DNA of 51,744 bases from Macrostomum lignano (lineage: Eukaryota): contig NIVC01000802.1 of the NCBI GenBank assembly GCA_002269645.1, forward strand, positions 1 to 51,744. The letters are read 5' to 3'. Below the pieces are notes generated by a model. That model did no database searches and had not been told where the DNA came from. It saw only the letters and a list, made by a program, of their open reading frames with translations. Shown piece by piece: positions 33,681 through 46,048 of the stretch. The position numbers and the translations under genes were made by a program. Position 1 is the first letter of the stretch. The number at the start of each line of letters is the position of its first letter.

Positions 33681-36151
33681 ATGGCAAGATTATATGATTT
33701 AATAAATCAGCACCTGCCCAGTAACCAGAACTATACAAAGATCATAGGTTTTGCCCACTGCGACCCTACCATTCATGTCATGAATGGCAAGGATACAGTT
33801 GATCGGGGCAAGTCGAAAACCCTTGGCCCGATGAAGCTGTCAGAGTCTGGATCGGCTGCAGGGCCAAATAGCCAGCAGCAGCTGTCCCAGGTGGGCGCCT
33901 CATCATCGGCCTACCTGACTCAGGATAATGTAAATCTGGAGGCCACACAAAAGTACATCAAGATCCTGGAGGACAAGATTCGCGAGTACAGGCGCAACCT
34001 GGTGGATGAGCAGATGCACAGGGAGTCACAGACCTCCAAGGCCATTGAGGAGTTGAATAAGTTCGGCCAGGACTCAACCAAGCAGGAGCAGACGAAGCGG
34101 CGGCTGCAGCGGGAGCAGGGCGAGTTCACCACCAGGACGCAGAACATTCAGAAGAATATCCAGAAACTCGAGTTCAAGCTCAACGAGCTGAAGGCTCACG
34201 GAATTCCAAAGCAGGTGTGTGATTTACTGGCCTGGCTGAGGTAGCCAGTTTGAGTAAATTTAGTTGCTTGGGACAGGCTGAGAGTCAAGTACTTTGAGTT
34301 GTTGGGTTTTGAGTAGTTTAAGCTGTTGGGATTCGAGTAGTTTGAGTTGCTAGCTAAGGAAAGGCTGGGATTCGAGTAGTTTGAGTTGCTAGGGAAAGAC
34401 TGGGATTCGAGTAGTTTGAGTTGCTAAGGAAAGGCTGGGATTCGAGTAGTTTGAGTTGCTAAGGAAAGGCTGGGATTCGAGTAATTGAAGATTTTCAGCT
34501 CATCACCTCCGCCGCACCCGCCAGGTGGTGCCAGACGACTACGTGCGCCAGCTGAAGAAAAAAGACGCCAAGAAGCACCGCCTGCTGCAAATGCCCAACC
34601 TGCTGAAGGCCAAGACGGCCTCATCCGGCGACCTGCTGGTTGGCGGCGCGGCGGCGGCCAGCGTTCCAGCAGGCGGCGGCAGCGGCGGGCCCGGCAGCGT
34701 CAGCAGGGTCGGCATCGAGCGGCCGAGCGTCGGCAGCCCACAGAAGAAGTCTCAGTCGCTGGAGCACGGAGCCGCTCCGCCGCCGCCGCTTTTCTCGCAG
34801 CAGCAGCAGCAGCAGTCGGGGGCGGAGTCGGTGCTCACCGTGTCCTCGTCGGAGGTGCCGAACACTGGCAAGAAGACCAGCCTGTCTGACGAAGAGGCCA
34901 GCCGGCTCGGGCAGAAGGCCGGCGGCAGCGGCCCGCCAGTCACCTTCGGCCTGGGCGTCACCGGCGGCGGCGGTCCCCGGTCCACCACCAGCCGCTCCTA
35001 CCGGCCGCCCAAGAGCCGCGCCTCGTCCTCCGTCAGCAGCGAGTCCGCCCGCTTCTTGTCGGCCAGCGAGGCGGCCGCTGCGGCTGCTGCTGCCGCCGCG
35101 TCCACGTCTCCCGCTGCCCCGGCTGTCAGCTGCGATCAAACCGAGTCCTTGCGCGAGCACTTCGAGCACCTGCTGCAGGAGCAGCGGCGGGCCCTCACCG
35201 AGGAGCTGGACGTTGTGCGCAACCGACTGCAGGATGAAGCTGGCGATATTCACAAGCTGGTGGACTCGGAAATCCATAAGCTGAGATATGACCAGCAGGT
35301 AATTGGTCGGCCCAGCCAGTGAATGAAATGACTGAGTCAGTGAATCAGATGAATGAGTCAGAAAATAGGATGACTTAGTCAGTGAATGTGTTGAAGGAGT
35401 CGGTGAGTGCAGTGCAAGCACCCCTTGCCCACACGCCATACATGCGCAACCTTGGGAATCACTCGGCCGTTTCTATTGGCAACACACACATGTAAGTCGC
35501 TATTGGACGCAGCCTGGACGCAGCCAATAGCGACTTACATGTGTGTGGTGCCAATAGAAACGGCCGGGTGAGTCTCTAGGTTGCGCCCAAGCATGCACGC
35601 CCCCCCCCCCAATCCAGGAGCTGTCGGCCAGCCTGGACGACAACCAAAAGGAGCTGGAGAAGATGAAGGTGTTCCTCACCAACCTGTCCAAGGAGTTCAA
35701 CAAGCTGATGCTGGTCGACCAGCAGATTGACGACATCAACAACAAGATCGCCGTGCTGTCCCGCGACCTCCAAGGCCCCGGCGCCTGCCCGCACGGCCGG
35801 CCGGACTCGGCCGCCACCACCGGCACTCGGATGCTGAACCTGCTGGTGGCGCTGCTGTCCTACGGCTTCGTTGCAGCCTCTTGCCTCATCAACCTGCTGC
35901 TGTGGCTGCTGGGCTTCCTACGCAGCCGGCCGTTCGTCATCGTCTGCGTTGCCGCGCTGCTGCTGGCGCTGCTGGCGCTGCTGTTCCGCCAGTGGCCCGC
36001 GCTGGCGCCTCTGCTAACGCCCGACGGTCTGGCGGCCGCCGTAGCGCGCGGCTCGCCGCAGGCTGTGCGCCGATTTTTGTCAGATTTGGCGCTGGCGCTG
36101 AATAAACACGACGAGGCTGCGGCGACCGCAGCTACCGCGGATGCGGGCTGA
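33681..36151 (+). CDS. TMCC: Transmembrane and coiled-coil domain protein (TMCC/TEX28 family), 3 exons, ~613 aa
   Basis: Exons 33681..34214, 34525..35298 and 35618..36151, all phase-0 GT-AG. The N-terminal coiled coil (KYIKILEDKIREY...IQKLEFKLNELKAHG) resembles the TMCC coiled coil, followed by a second coiled coil and two C-terminal hydrophobic helices. Confidence 0.75.
34290..34482. repeat. ~35-bp tandem repeat in TMCC intron 1
   Basis: AAAGGCTGGGATTCGAGTAGTTTGAGTTGCTAAGG, about 5 degenerate copies. Confidence 0.85.
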
Positions 36152-36277
36152 AGGACTGCGCGGTGCCGGATCGCCGCGCTTTACTGCTGCGGGATCGGGC
36201 ATGGGGAACTGATGGATTGCTAGTCTGCTTCGCGTCTGAGGTGTATTGGTAGTCTGCTCCATAGTTATAATAATTAT

Positions 36278-37360
36278 TGGATTGCTAATCTATTCAATAA
36301 GCCAGAGAATAGAATGGATGGCTAATCTATTCAGTAAGTCAGAATAGAATGGATTGCTAATCTATTCAGTAAGTCAGAATAGAATGGATTGCTAATCTAT
36401 TCAATAAGCCAGAAAATAGAATGGATTGCTAATCTATTCAGTAAGTCAGAATAGAATGGATTGCTAATCTATTCAGTAAGTCAGAATAGAATGGATTGCT
36501 AATCTATTCAGTAAGTCAGAATAGAATGGATTGCTAATCTATTCAATAAGCCAGAGAATAGAATGGATTGCTAATCTATTCAGTAAGTCAGAATAGAATG
36601 GATTGCTAATCTATTCAATAAGCCAGAGAATAGAATGGATTGCTAATCTATTCAGTAAGTCAGAATAGAATGGATTGCTAATCTATTCAGTAAGTCAGAA
36701 TAGAATGGATTGCTAATCTATTCAGTAAGTCAGAATAGAATGGATTGCTAATCTATTCAGTAAGTCAGAATAGAATGGATTGCTAATCTATTCAATAAGC
36801 CAGAGAATAGAATGGATTGCTAATCTATTCAGTAAGTCAGAATAGAATGGATTGCTAATCTATTCAGTAAGTCAGAATAGAATGGATTGCTAATCTATTC
36901 AATAAGCCAGAGAATAGAATGGATTGCTAATCTATTCAGTAAGTCAGAATAGAATGGATTGCTAATCTATTCAATAAGCCAGAGAATAGAATGGATTGCT
37001 AATCTATTCAGTAAGTCAGAATAGAATGGATTGCTAATCTATTCAGTAAGTCAGAATAGAATGGATTGCTAATCTATTCAGTAAGTCAGGATAGAATGGA
37101 TTGCTAATCTATTCAGTAAGTCAGAATAGAATGGATTGCTAATCTATTCAGTAAGTCAGGATAGAATGGATTGCTAATCTATTCAGTAAGTCAGAATAGA
37201 ATGGATTGCTAATCTATTCAGTAAGTCAGGATAGAATGGATTGCTAATCTATTCAGTAAGTCAGAATAGAATGGATTGCTAATCTATTCAGTAAGTCAGA
37301 ATAGAATGGATTGCTAATCTATTCAGTAAGTCAGAATAGAATGGATTGCTAATCTATTCA
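36278..37360. repeat. 35/37-bp minisatellite downstream of TMCC
   Basis: AATAGAATGGATTGCTAATCTATTCAGTAAGTCAG and its variant ...TTCAATAAGCCAGAG, about 30 copies with no spacers. Confidence 0.95.
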
Positions 37361-38280
37361 ATAAAGATCTGGTGGTAGATCATGCGCCTCTCTGACAGTC
37401 ATTCTGTTCACACCAATGCTGCTAGATCGGCAGTATTTAAAGCTACTCGAATGATTCGGCCTTCGCCACTTCCTCTGACCCCCCTGCCTGTCCCCCATTT
37501 CGATCGCGTCTCCACATCTTTCATCTCCTAGAGACTCCTCACGTTTTAATTGTTATTTTTCTGTTTTAAAGTTTTAACCCTCACCAGTAGGAGCACCGGT
37601 CCAGCCAGCCACCTGCATGTCTGCTTCTGTCCGTTTCTTTCTGTCTTCTGTTTTCATTTATTTTTCGCTTAATGCTGCTGCACACATCGTCAGTGACAGA
37701 GAACTGTTGATTGCATGCTGTGCGACTGCGGCAGTAGAATCAAATATTACTAACAGTAGTTATCGATATTTTTCTCTGCCTTACTCGGACGTGGTTAAAC
37801 CGCCAAGTCTGACCGCCTCGCTGCCTGCCGCTCATCCAGAGTTTCACCGACTGCTTCATCCTATAATTATAGATAGACCTAATTAAGTTAATCCTGATCC
37901 CGCTTCCGTTGATTGCTGTTCGGACCTGCCAGACCCGCTACTCACTGTGCTCGCCTCTGCTAATTGTATATCCGCTTATAATTTGGGTTTAGCCTTGTTC
38001 GCCATCATGACACTGATAAGGAGACTGTTCTGTACAAATTCCATACTGTTAAGTGGCATTGTACATTGTACAAATCGGCTTCCGCCTGCCTATCGTGTGC
38101 ACCATGTTTTACCGCCGTCTGTAACAATTAAATCAGTTTCAGATTCTGTCTGAGTAAATCTAATATGCTTTATTGCATCATACATCATTGAATTTGAAAT
38201 TTGCGCAAAGTTTATTGTGTACTTAATTAATGTTGCATGTAGGCTTTCTTGGAGTTCATTTGAGGCGAGGTGTGGGGTCA

Positions 38281-38640
38281 GGGAGATTGAGAGGGGAATC
38301 AGGAAGATTGATAGGGAAATCAGAAAATTGAGAAGGGAATAATGGATATTGAGAGGGGAATCCAGAAGTTGAGAAGGGAATAATGGAGATTGAGAGGGGA
38401 ATCCAGAAGTTGAGAAGGGAATAATGGAGATTGAGAGGGGAATCCAGAAGTTGAGAAGGGAATAATGGAGATTGAGAGGGGAATCAAGAAGTTGAGAAGG
38501 GAATAATGGAGATTGAGAGGGGAATCCAGAAGTTGAGAAGGGAATAATGGAGATTGAGAAGGAAATCAGGAAAGATTTGGAGGAGAACCAAGGAGATTGA
38601 GGGGGGAATCAGGGAGATTAATAGGGGAGTCAGGGAGAGA
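38281..38640. repeat. Purine-rich ~41-bp tandem repeat
   Basis: GAGAAGGGAATAATGGAGATTGAGAGGGGAATCCAGAAGTT copies with degenerate flanks. Confidence 0.88.
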
Positions 38641-40185
38641 GCCAGGGGAATCAGGAAGAGAGAGATACATGTACACATTGTAAAGTGTATGGGAGTAATA
38701 AACAGAAACCTGGGAGTCAGGAAGAAGAAAAGATGGTAGATGTGGGAGCAAGACTGAAAGAATCCGGAAGAGACACCAGAAGAGATTCAGACAGTCCATA
38801 TCGGACATCTCAGGCAGTTTGCCAGGCCATTGGAGTGCACGAGTCCATACTGTGCGGAGTGAGTGAGCACTTTTGCTACCCCCGGTGCACTTAGCAGCTA
38901 TGCTGGGCGGCTCTGACATTTAACTTTATTTAACTGCCAAGTTCAGACAGCTGGCTGGAAGGAATGGATTGCGGCCGGCCTGTGTTCGGTGCAGCCCAGT
39001 CACGCCATGCTGAGTTTAGTGCTCAGCTGTGCTGCGCCGCACAATATGCTGCAGTTTTATCGGCCTTTTTGTTATTAAAATAGCGGTCAAGGAATTATCT
39101 CTGCTCATAGTAGTGTAGTGAGAATTATGTTTTCATTTTATTTGTTATTTGTCTGGAATTGAAGCGGATACATTGCTTCGGAGGAGCATGCCATAATATC
39201 GATCCGGTTATTGTAATTTGCACCTGAAGATTGCCTCCTCCACTAGCTTGGATTCATTTACAAATACAGCACAGATGTAAAAGACGCAACACTTAAAAAT
39301 CGTGTAGATTTTGTCGAAGGTTAAAATGAGGCATCTCGGCTCCAGATTCAAGGCAGGTGTTACTCATAAAAGCATCGTTTTTGCAGCAGGGTGCTTAGAA
39401 AATTTTATTCTCAAGGATCGCATCCAAGAATATGTAAAAAGCACTTACAGGTAAGTAGTCCGAGCTGTCTTAAGGACGTTTGTCATCTTAACTACTTGAC
39501 TAGAGGGCATCACGAGAGGAGGCAGAGCTGAGGGGACCGTCCGACCCTTGGCAACCAAACTCTTCCAGCATGATCTCCCATGAGAAAATGGCGCGCTCTC
39601 CCAATCGCCCCGACAAAAGAAATATGAGAAGCAACCAAGCTCGACGAATGACAGCAGCTCAACTTCTGCCACAACCTGCACTATTAATGTTCATCGCGAG
39701 CTTATTTAATCTATACAGACGCGCGCACTCACAAAGCAGTTGCTGAAGCATTTCGTTACATTCTAACTTAACTATCAGAGTTGACGTGATTCATCACACA
39801 CTTTGCATTGCTATCTGACAGTCGAGCGATGCAGATTATCCTTGCTTTTCTTATAGACTCAAGTTGGGATAAATGCAGTCAAAGTACATGTACTATTCCG
39901 TAATTTTCTCATTATTTGACATTTCTACGAGCGCAATTATTGGTTATCGAAATAGTCTGTCTCGCACACTTAAGCTCGAACAGAATGGAAACTCCAGTCG
40001 AATTCCAGTATCGGCTGCAGGCCAATCAGCAGTCAGCAGACTCGCATGCAGGTCCCGTCTCGTCACAGCAAATCAAAAGCCGGGAAAGCTGTTTAAAACA
40101 AAACTGACGCGTACCTACATGTAAAAGACGGGACCAGCCAAATCGCGAACATAGAATTAACCCCTGAGTTGTCCAAAGCAGCTGA

Positions 40186-41219
40186 ATGCATCCAATCGCT
40201 GCGCTCTTCATCTTGGCTTTCTCAGTCTCTCTGGCAGAAGCCCAGAGCAGCCAGCAGCTGTGCCACACAGCCTTCAGGGAGGTCAGCAGCGGCTCCCTGT
40301 GCATCCGCAGCGCCTTCACCCGCACGCTGCCCGGCATCGCATCGGAGCTGCGGTGCTCCATCGAGTGCGGCGGAGAGCCGAGCTGCCAGGCCTTCACCAT
40401 GGCCGACGGTCCGTGCCAGCTGTTCGTGTTTGACAGGTGCAGCAAGTCGGTGCGGGACTGCGGCTGCTCCCGGAGAGGCCGCCTGTTCGTGAAGCGGCAG
40501 CCGGGACTCGAGCCGGGCGCGCTGTGCCCGCCTGGCTACGCAGACGAGCTGTGCGGAGTGAAGTACCGCCTGATCAACAGCACCGCCACCTGGTCAGCCC
40601 AGAAGCTCAGGTGCGTGGCTGGAATGGGTTGGGCTGAAATGGCACCGCTTCCGTGCGGGTTCGATTCCGCGGTATGGCGGCCTTATCAGTTCGGGGTTCT
40701 CGTAGAATGTTGGCCTGAATTATGTGCAATTGCCACTCATTAGTAAGAGCCAACCCCAAGACGCACAGTGAGCACACTGCCGGAGGATGAAACTCAGGGC
40801 AGAGTTAGACTCGGAGGGTGTTTCCGTGTCCGTATCCATGTGTCAAATGGTAGCAGAAACGTCTCACGGCCTGAACTGCCTGAACTGACAGGTGCGAGTC
40901 GGATTCTGGCCTGGCGATGCTGGCCGATGTCACTAACTCGTCTGAGATGAGCCACGTTGAAGCCATGTACACCGCGCTCAGCCCGGGAGTCGCTGTCTAC
41001 CTGGGCGGCTACCGCGTGTTTCCTGGTGCCGCTCAGACGGACGGCTGGCTCTGGACGGCCTGCAACATCACGGTGGACGATACGCTCTGGGGCTCTGGCG
41101 AGCCCAATTCGTTTGGGGAGAAGGCCACGGCTCGGTACCCGACAGTGCCGAAGCTGGTGGACATCACGGATTCGGGAGCCTACGGCGCCCTCTGCGAGTG
41201 CGTGTCGCCGTTTGATTGA
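40186..41219 (+). CDS. Secreted PAN/apple + C-type lectin domain protein, 2 exons
   Basis: Signal peptide MHPIAALFILAFSVSLAEA and PAN-like CSIECGGEPSCQAF...C. Exon 1 is 40186..40610, the intron is 40611..40891 (phase 2) and exon 2 is 40892..41219. CTL motifs are TWSAQKLRC, VYLGG, WLW, WGSGEPN and ALCEC. Confidence 0.88.
40616..40888 (+). mobile_element. SINE-like element (second family) forming essentially the whole lectin intron
   Basis: A-box-like TGGCTGGAATGG, B box GGTTCGATTCC (40658-40668) and a short tandem 3' tail CTGAACTGCCTGAACTGA. Flanked by direct repeat CAGGTGCG at 40608-40615 and 40889-40896. Confidence 0.7.
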
Positions 41220-41749
41220 TCGAGCTGGACAAGCACGCGAAGGGCAATATTGAAAACAGTTTAACAGCGATCTGGAATTGAGGTTACCTGATACTGAAGC
41301 AAGGTTTGAATGCCTCTGTTTAACTGTGAATTGCAACTCCTTTGGTATATCGAGTCTTGCTTGGCGTTTTTGATGGAGCCATGGAAATCTTAATACGCTC
41401 GTATAGAAAGCTACACTAAAATCCAGTTTTTTTGCCGCAAAATGCTTTAGCGTGATGGGAAAGTTAAATTTACAGCATCTCACCCTCTGCTCGTCCGAAA
41501 TGCAAACAAATCGGTTTTTTGTCTGAGGTGGCTTCAAAAGTTTGTCGAGAGAAAGGATTAAAAAGTGCTATAGGAGTCGCAATACACAGTAGGGTTTTTA
41601 ACTGGATTTCTCAAAGATTTGCAATTTTGCGTGGCGATAGATTGGGGTTCTCCAAATGCAAATTAAATCAAGAAAAATCATATCAGAAAAATACACAAAG
41701 GAGACAGGAAGAACAGATTTTCTACTACTGTTTGCTTTTTGGTCTCTGG

Positions 41750-42756
41750 TAACATTCCGGGAAAAGATTGTGATGGCCTGAGCTGTGGATCCCTCCGCAG
41801 CCTTGGCCAAGAGTCTGCTTGCTCCCATTGACTACGGCACCCTGTTTGTTCCCCTCACTTTTCTCTTCACCCAATCTAAACAACTCCCCCATGCTATGCA
41901 TGCACCGCCTGCACGCTTTTCTTTTCGTACCACAGCTAAGGCTAAGTTGGGGCCCAGGAGCCCACAAATGTAAAACTGGACACTCGACTTATGGTCACGC
42001 CTCATTGTCCGTCTGCCACTCGATGACCACTTCCCAGTTAAAGTGCTCGCAAAGACTCACCATCGGACTTCGTTTTGAGTTATCATAACGGCGAAGAGTT
42101 CAGCTTGTAGGCGCGTTCCGGAACTGTCCAAGGACTCCGACTTCGAAGTCTACGCTAAGAATACAGAGGACACCGCTAAGATGGCCACACAGCACCGCCA
42201 TGCTCATAGGAGAAGAAGCCTACACAGTACTTCAAAACTTGCCAGCCAGAAAAGGTGGCTGGAAAGTCTTACGACGACCTCAAGAAAATCTTGCAGGATC
42301 GCCATGCCCTACTCCCTCCGAAATTGCGGCTCAGTCCAGGTTACATCAAAAAGGGTGCAGCTGGCCGGAAGAAGCCTTCGCTACTTTACTGGAGTTCAGA
42401 CCGACAGCCGTGAACTTTTTAATAATCGACGAAGAGGTCGGCTCGGCTCTGACTGCCAAGGTCATTGCACAGTCTCGAAGCTTCTCTACATGACCGAGAG
42501 AAACAAGCTCTCAATGAACAGGGCTGCTTGCTGTGGGGATTCAGGATCGTCGTTCCGCCCGCACTCCGTCCGAATGCACACGTTCGTGCAGCTGCAAGTA
42601 CGTACGTGTGGTCGCAAGTACAAGGACGTGGAGAACTCCGTCAAGTCATGCAAAACCTCCGTCAGGGCCAGGCTCAACCAGACGAATCCGTCCAAAGCGT
42701 CAGTGCACCCATCGCCCTTTCGATCGCAGCCGTGGTCCAGACTGCATGTCGATTGA
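41750..42756 (+). mobile_element. Degenerate Ty3/Gypsy pol fragment (RT/RNase H end and integrase zinc-finger region)
   Basis: Frameshifted motifs GCLLWGFRIVVPPALRP, YVW, DVENSVKSC and PSKASVHP...QPWSRLHVD are typical of Gypsy integrase N-termini. The 5' boundary is approximate. Confidence 0.8.
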
Positions 42757-44599
42757 AAGATTCCTAATTCCGTAATGAATTTTGTAGCAAACTGCTGCCT
42801 CCAAAGAAGCCTCCAGCATGATTTGCAAGTTTAGCCTCCTCTTACATGTACTTTACTTGTCCGTTGGGGAAAAATCAGTATCTGCAAGCATCGGTTTTTG
42901 TCAGGACTTTCAGTCTCGCCTCTATGCTGTTTTTGTGGGTGAAGAAACGGCTCAGTCATTTGACAAAGTGATCTCCTTATCTCGTAAATAAAGCGAACAG
43001 TTTAAGTTCTGGATAAAACCGGCGTGTATCCACTGTGTGACATTGTGGCGATATGCTAGTGTATTTTTATTATTGCAATATTATGCTTTGTGCATTCTTA
43101 GTTAGTTAGTATTGCGTGCGCGCTGATTGGCTAGTGTGTTTCAGTGCATGTGCACTGCGTCGGGTTGTTTGCGTTTTACGCGTGGCTAGCATGGTGGGGT
43201 CTGGGCAGTCAGGCCAACCACCCTCTTTAGTCCTAGGGTTGATGAATAAGAATAAACAAGTCATATAAGAGCCCAGTTGTGTGTACTGGCTCTCCACGTT
43301 TAACTTTCCTACGCATTCACTACCAGCCTTTAGCTTCAATTTATTACACACTGCATTATGTGTATTGCCGTGAAATCCATGATAGCTCGTACTTCGAAAA
43401 TTGTGTCTAAAATTAGCCTATAGCTAGATTAGGCCGCAGAATGTCAATGCATTACCAATCCATTAGGAATTTGCAATCGTGTTCAGCTGCAGGTTATTCA
43501 TCAGGTTTGGGCACCGTGTCATCGATTTTTTATTGTAAGAATGCAAGGACAAATTTGGAACTCAGCACTCCTTGCTCGAGTCGTCCTTGACTAAAATTTT
43601 TCAGGAAAATGGCAGGATAAAGGGAAGAAAAAATTTGCATTTGTAGCTTCCGTCAGGGTTGGATCTCCAACACAACAGGAAATTTCAAACCCAGATGCTG
43701 CAGGGAGCCAGGCCATCTTCATCTTTTCAGCTCCTGCTGGAAAAGCGGTTAGAATTGTGAGAGAACACAATATGGCGGCTTGAATAGAATGCTGGCTGGC
43801 TTTACGGCCTCAACTCATTGTTTTGTCCAACAACAGAAACCGCTTAGGCTAGGCCAATAATACTTTCCTGGACCCAAACCTGTAATAATATTCTAAGATG
43901 CTACCTGCGATTTTTTAAGCTGCTAAGCTGGCTAACTACTCAATATATTCTGATGCTGAGGGGCATATGTAAGGACGGGAAAGTTTGTTTCTTGGAAAAT
44001 ATTTATGTAGAAAATACGATATAACTCAGATAAGGTATGAGATTCAGTGATTGGGTTTGTTCAACACTGGTGGAGATAAGAGCTTCATAGATTTTCGGTC
44101 ACAGAAATCGTGATATATTTAGACATATTTGATACATATCGATCAAATATTCATCTTTTAGTAGCGTGTCAGCTTTATTGTAAAGCTTCATAGTTCGAAT
44201 ACATGTTTAACAGTATTGTCACAGGGGAGATCTTTCTTTCATCCCACCGCTGTCACCAAAGTTGTTCTATAGGGGCTTCCCCTGTCTCGTATAAATTTCT
44301 ACTGCTGATGTACAGCAGTTCTTTGTAGCAGTCTGATTATCGTTGTACTTTCATAAAGTTATATATAATACATAAAGTTATAGAGGGTAGAGTTTTTACT
44401 ATTCGAGCTAGGCTGAACAACTATCCTTCATTTACCACCGCTTCACCTATTTATTAGGACGGAAGGCCTCTCGACTTGTCGGAGATAAAACAATAAATAA
44501 CACAACTTTGGCTATATGTCGATGAAGACTCTAATCCCGCATATGGATTTCGCCCGCCGAGACTTTATATCAACATCCACATCGACCCAGGCGATGGGA

Positions 44600-44940
44600 T
44601 AGGATCGCCTCCTCACTGTCAACATCAGAAGGGGTTTCCAGACAGCCAGGGCTTCCCTGCTCCACTGACGGCTCGCTGTTTAACGGCCGCGCTGGAGCGG
44701 GTATCGTCATCTTCACAAGGGTAAGAAGCTCTTTCAGGAAAGTCTACACCTTGGTGAGAATATCTCGGTTTTCCAAACCTAAATTTTTGCCATTGAGCAG
44801 TGTGTCCAGCACCTGCTCCAGCAGGTGAATTTCAGAACTTTCAATATTCATTTTTACACTGATAGCCAAGCCGCTATCAAGGCCTTAAACAGGCCAAAAT
44901 TCCGCTGAAACAGCTAGCTAGTATCTCAATGCCGCGGCTG
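44600..44940 (+). mobile_element. Non-LTR retrotransposon RNase H remnant
   Basis: TDGSLFNGRAGAGIVIF...SVFQT*IFAI...[14 protein letters not shown] with stops and frameshifts. It matches the RNase HI of RNase-H-bearing LINE clades. Confidence 0.82.
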
Positions 44941-46048
44941 TGTGCAATCTCTCTCAGTCCTTAAAAGGATTAGAATTATCTGGACACCCCAGTCAAAACA
45001 ATATCCTGGGCAACGAAGCCCGCGGATTATCTCTCCAGACGGTAACTACTGTTATCACTGTTAGACAGCGACCTAGGTACATTGATATGCCTAGGTCGCA
45101 AACCACCCGCCATTTTAACAGGTGGCCAGCAACACCAGCAACACCTGCAGCTCCACTCGATCACCGACTACAGACCCGCTCTGCAATGCCTAACTTGAAC
45201 ACGAAAGTGTCTGAATATCTGATTTCACTGAACAAACCAAAAATGGGTTCAAATTAAAAAAATACAAATTAATTAAAATGTTGCGTATTAAAACCAATTA
45301 TTTATCGTAGTAAAATAAATAGCGCGCGGATTCAATTGGAAAAAAGGTTTACTTTTTTAATACCATAATCTGAAAAAGGGAAAGCCTTCCACAATATTCA
45401 ATATAAGTCTAGTAACAGGGCTAGATTTTAACTGTTCTGTCTTCTTGGAACTATCCCACCGGTTAGCCACCAAAGTTGTCCCAGGGCTTTCTCTTCCTTT
45501 TCTCTGGGATAATCTTATTTGCTGCCACCAAGTTGTGCTATGGTGATACCTATGTTCTCCTATTCATAGTTAATATGTACTTTTGCATGTACTTTTACTT
45601 ATTTCTACTGGTAGCGCCTGTATGTACGAGTACGAGTAGCTCGTACCTTCTGGCCTAAGCGGTCTAATGGCACTACCTACTCTATTCTTACTTATTCACT
45701 CTTATAGAGGTTTTTCTCTCTCAGTCCTGGGCGTTCCCGGGATCAGAGGGTCACAGCCTTTTTGTGCTTCTTCCTGCCCTGAGGCGACTTTCCTCGGTTC
45801 TCGCTTCCAGCGGACTTCTGATATTCTAAGGGAAATGGCTAACCCGTTGAAAAATTATGGAAACATTTACAGGAACTTTTGCCTATGAAAGTTACCAAAA
45901 AGTTACCATTCTCGCAGCCAATCGGAAGGCGTACGCGTTAGGAAACATTTACACACATAGCCAATCAGAGGGCCGGAATATGGTAACTTTTGGCAGAAAA
46001 GTTACCAAAAGTTACCATTTCAAATTTACACGTACGGGGATAGGGAGT

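Noticed and set aside
34424-35826. Long overlapping alternative-frame and antisense ORFs (also around 11241-11708, 13630-14676, 24482-25138, 40794-41537, 46991-48053)
   Set aside because: These are shadows of GC-rich genuine exons or repeats, and no independent motifs were found.
36278-37360. CRISPR-like array (35-37-bp partially palindromic repeats)
   Set aside because: Units are head-to-tail with no unique spacers, there are no cas genes, and the context is eukaryotic. The same applies to the 6.5-kb, 14.7-kb and 20.7-kb arrays.
40770-40888. Hammerhead ribozyme / Penelope-type end (GAAAC motifs)
   Set aside because: No CTGANGA core is correctly placed relative to GAAA. The CTGATGA sites I checked elsewhere also lacked supporting stems.
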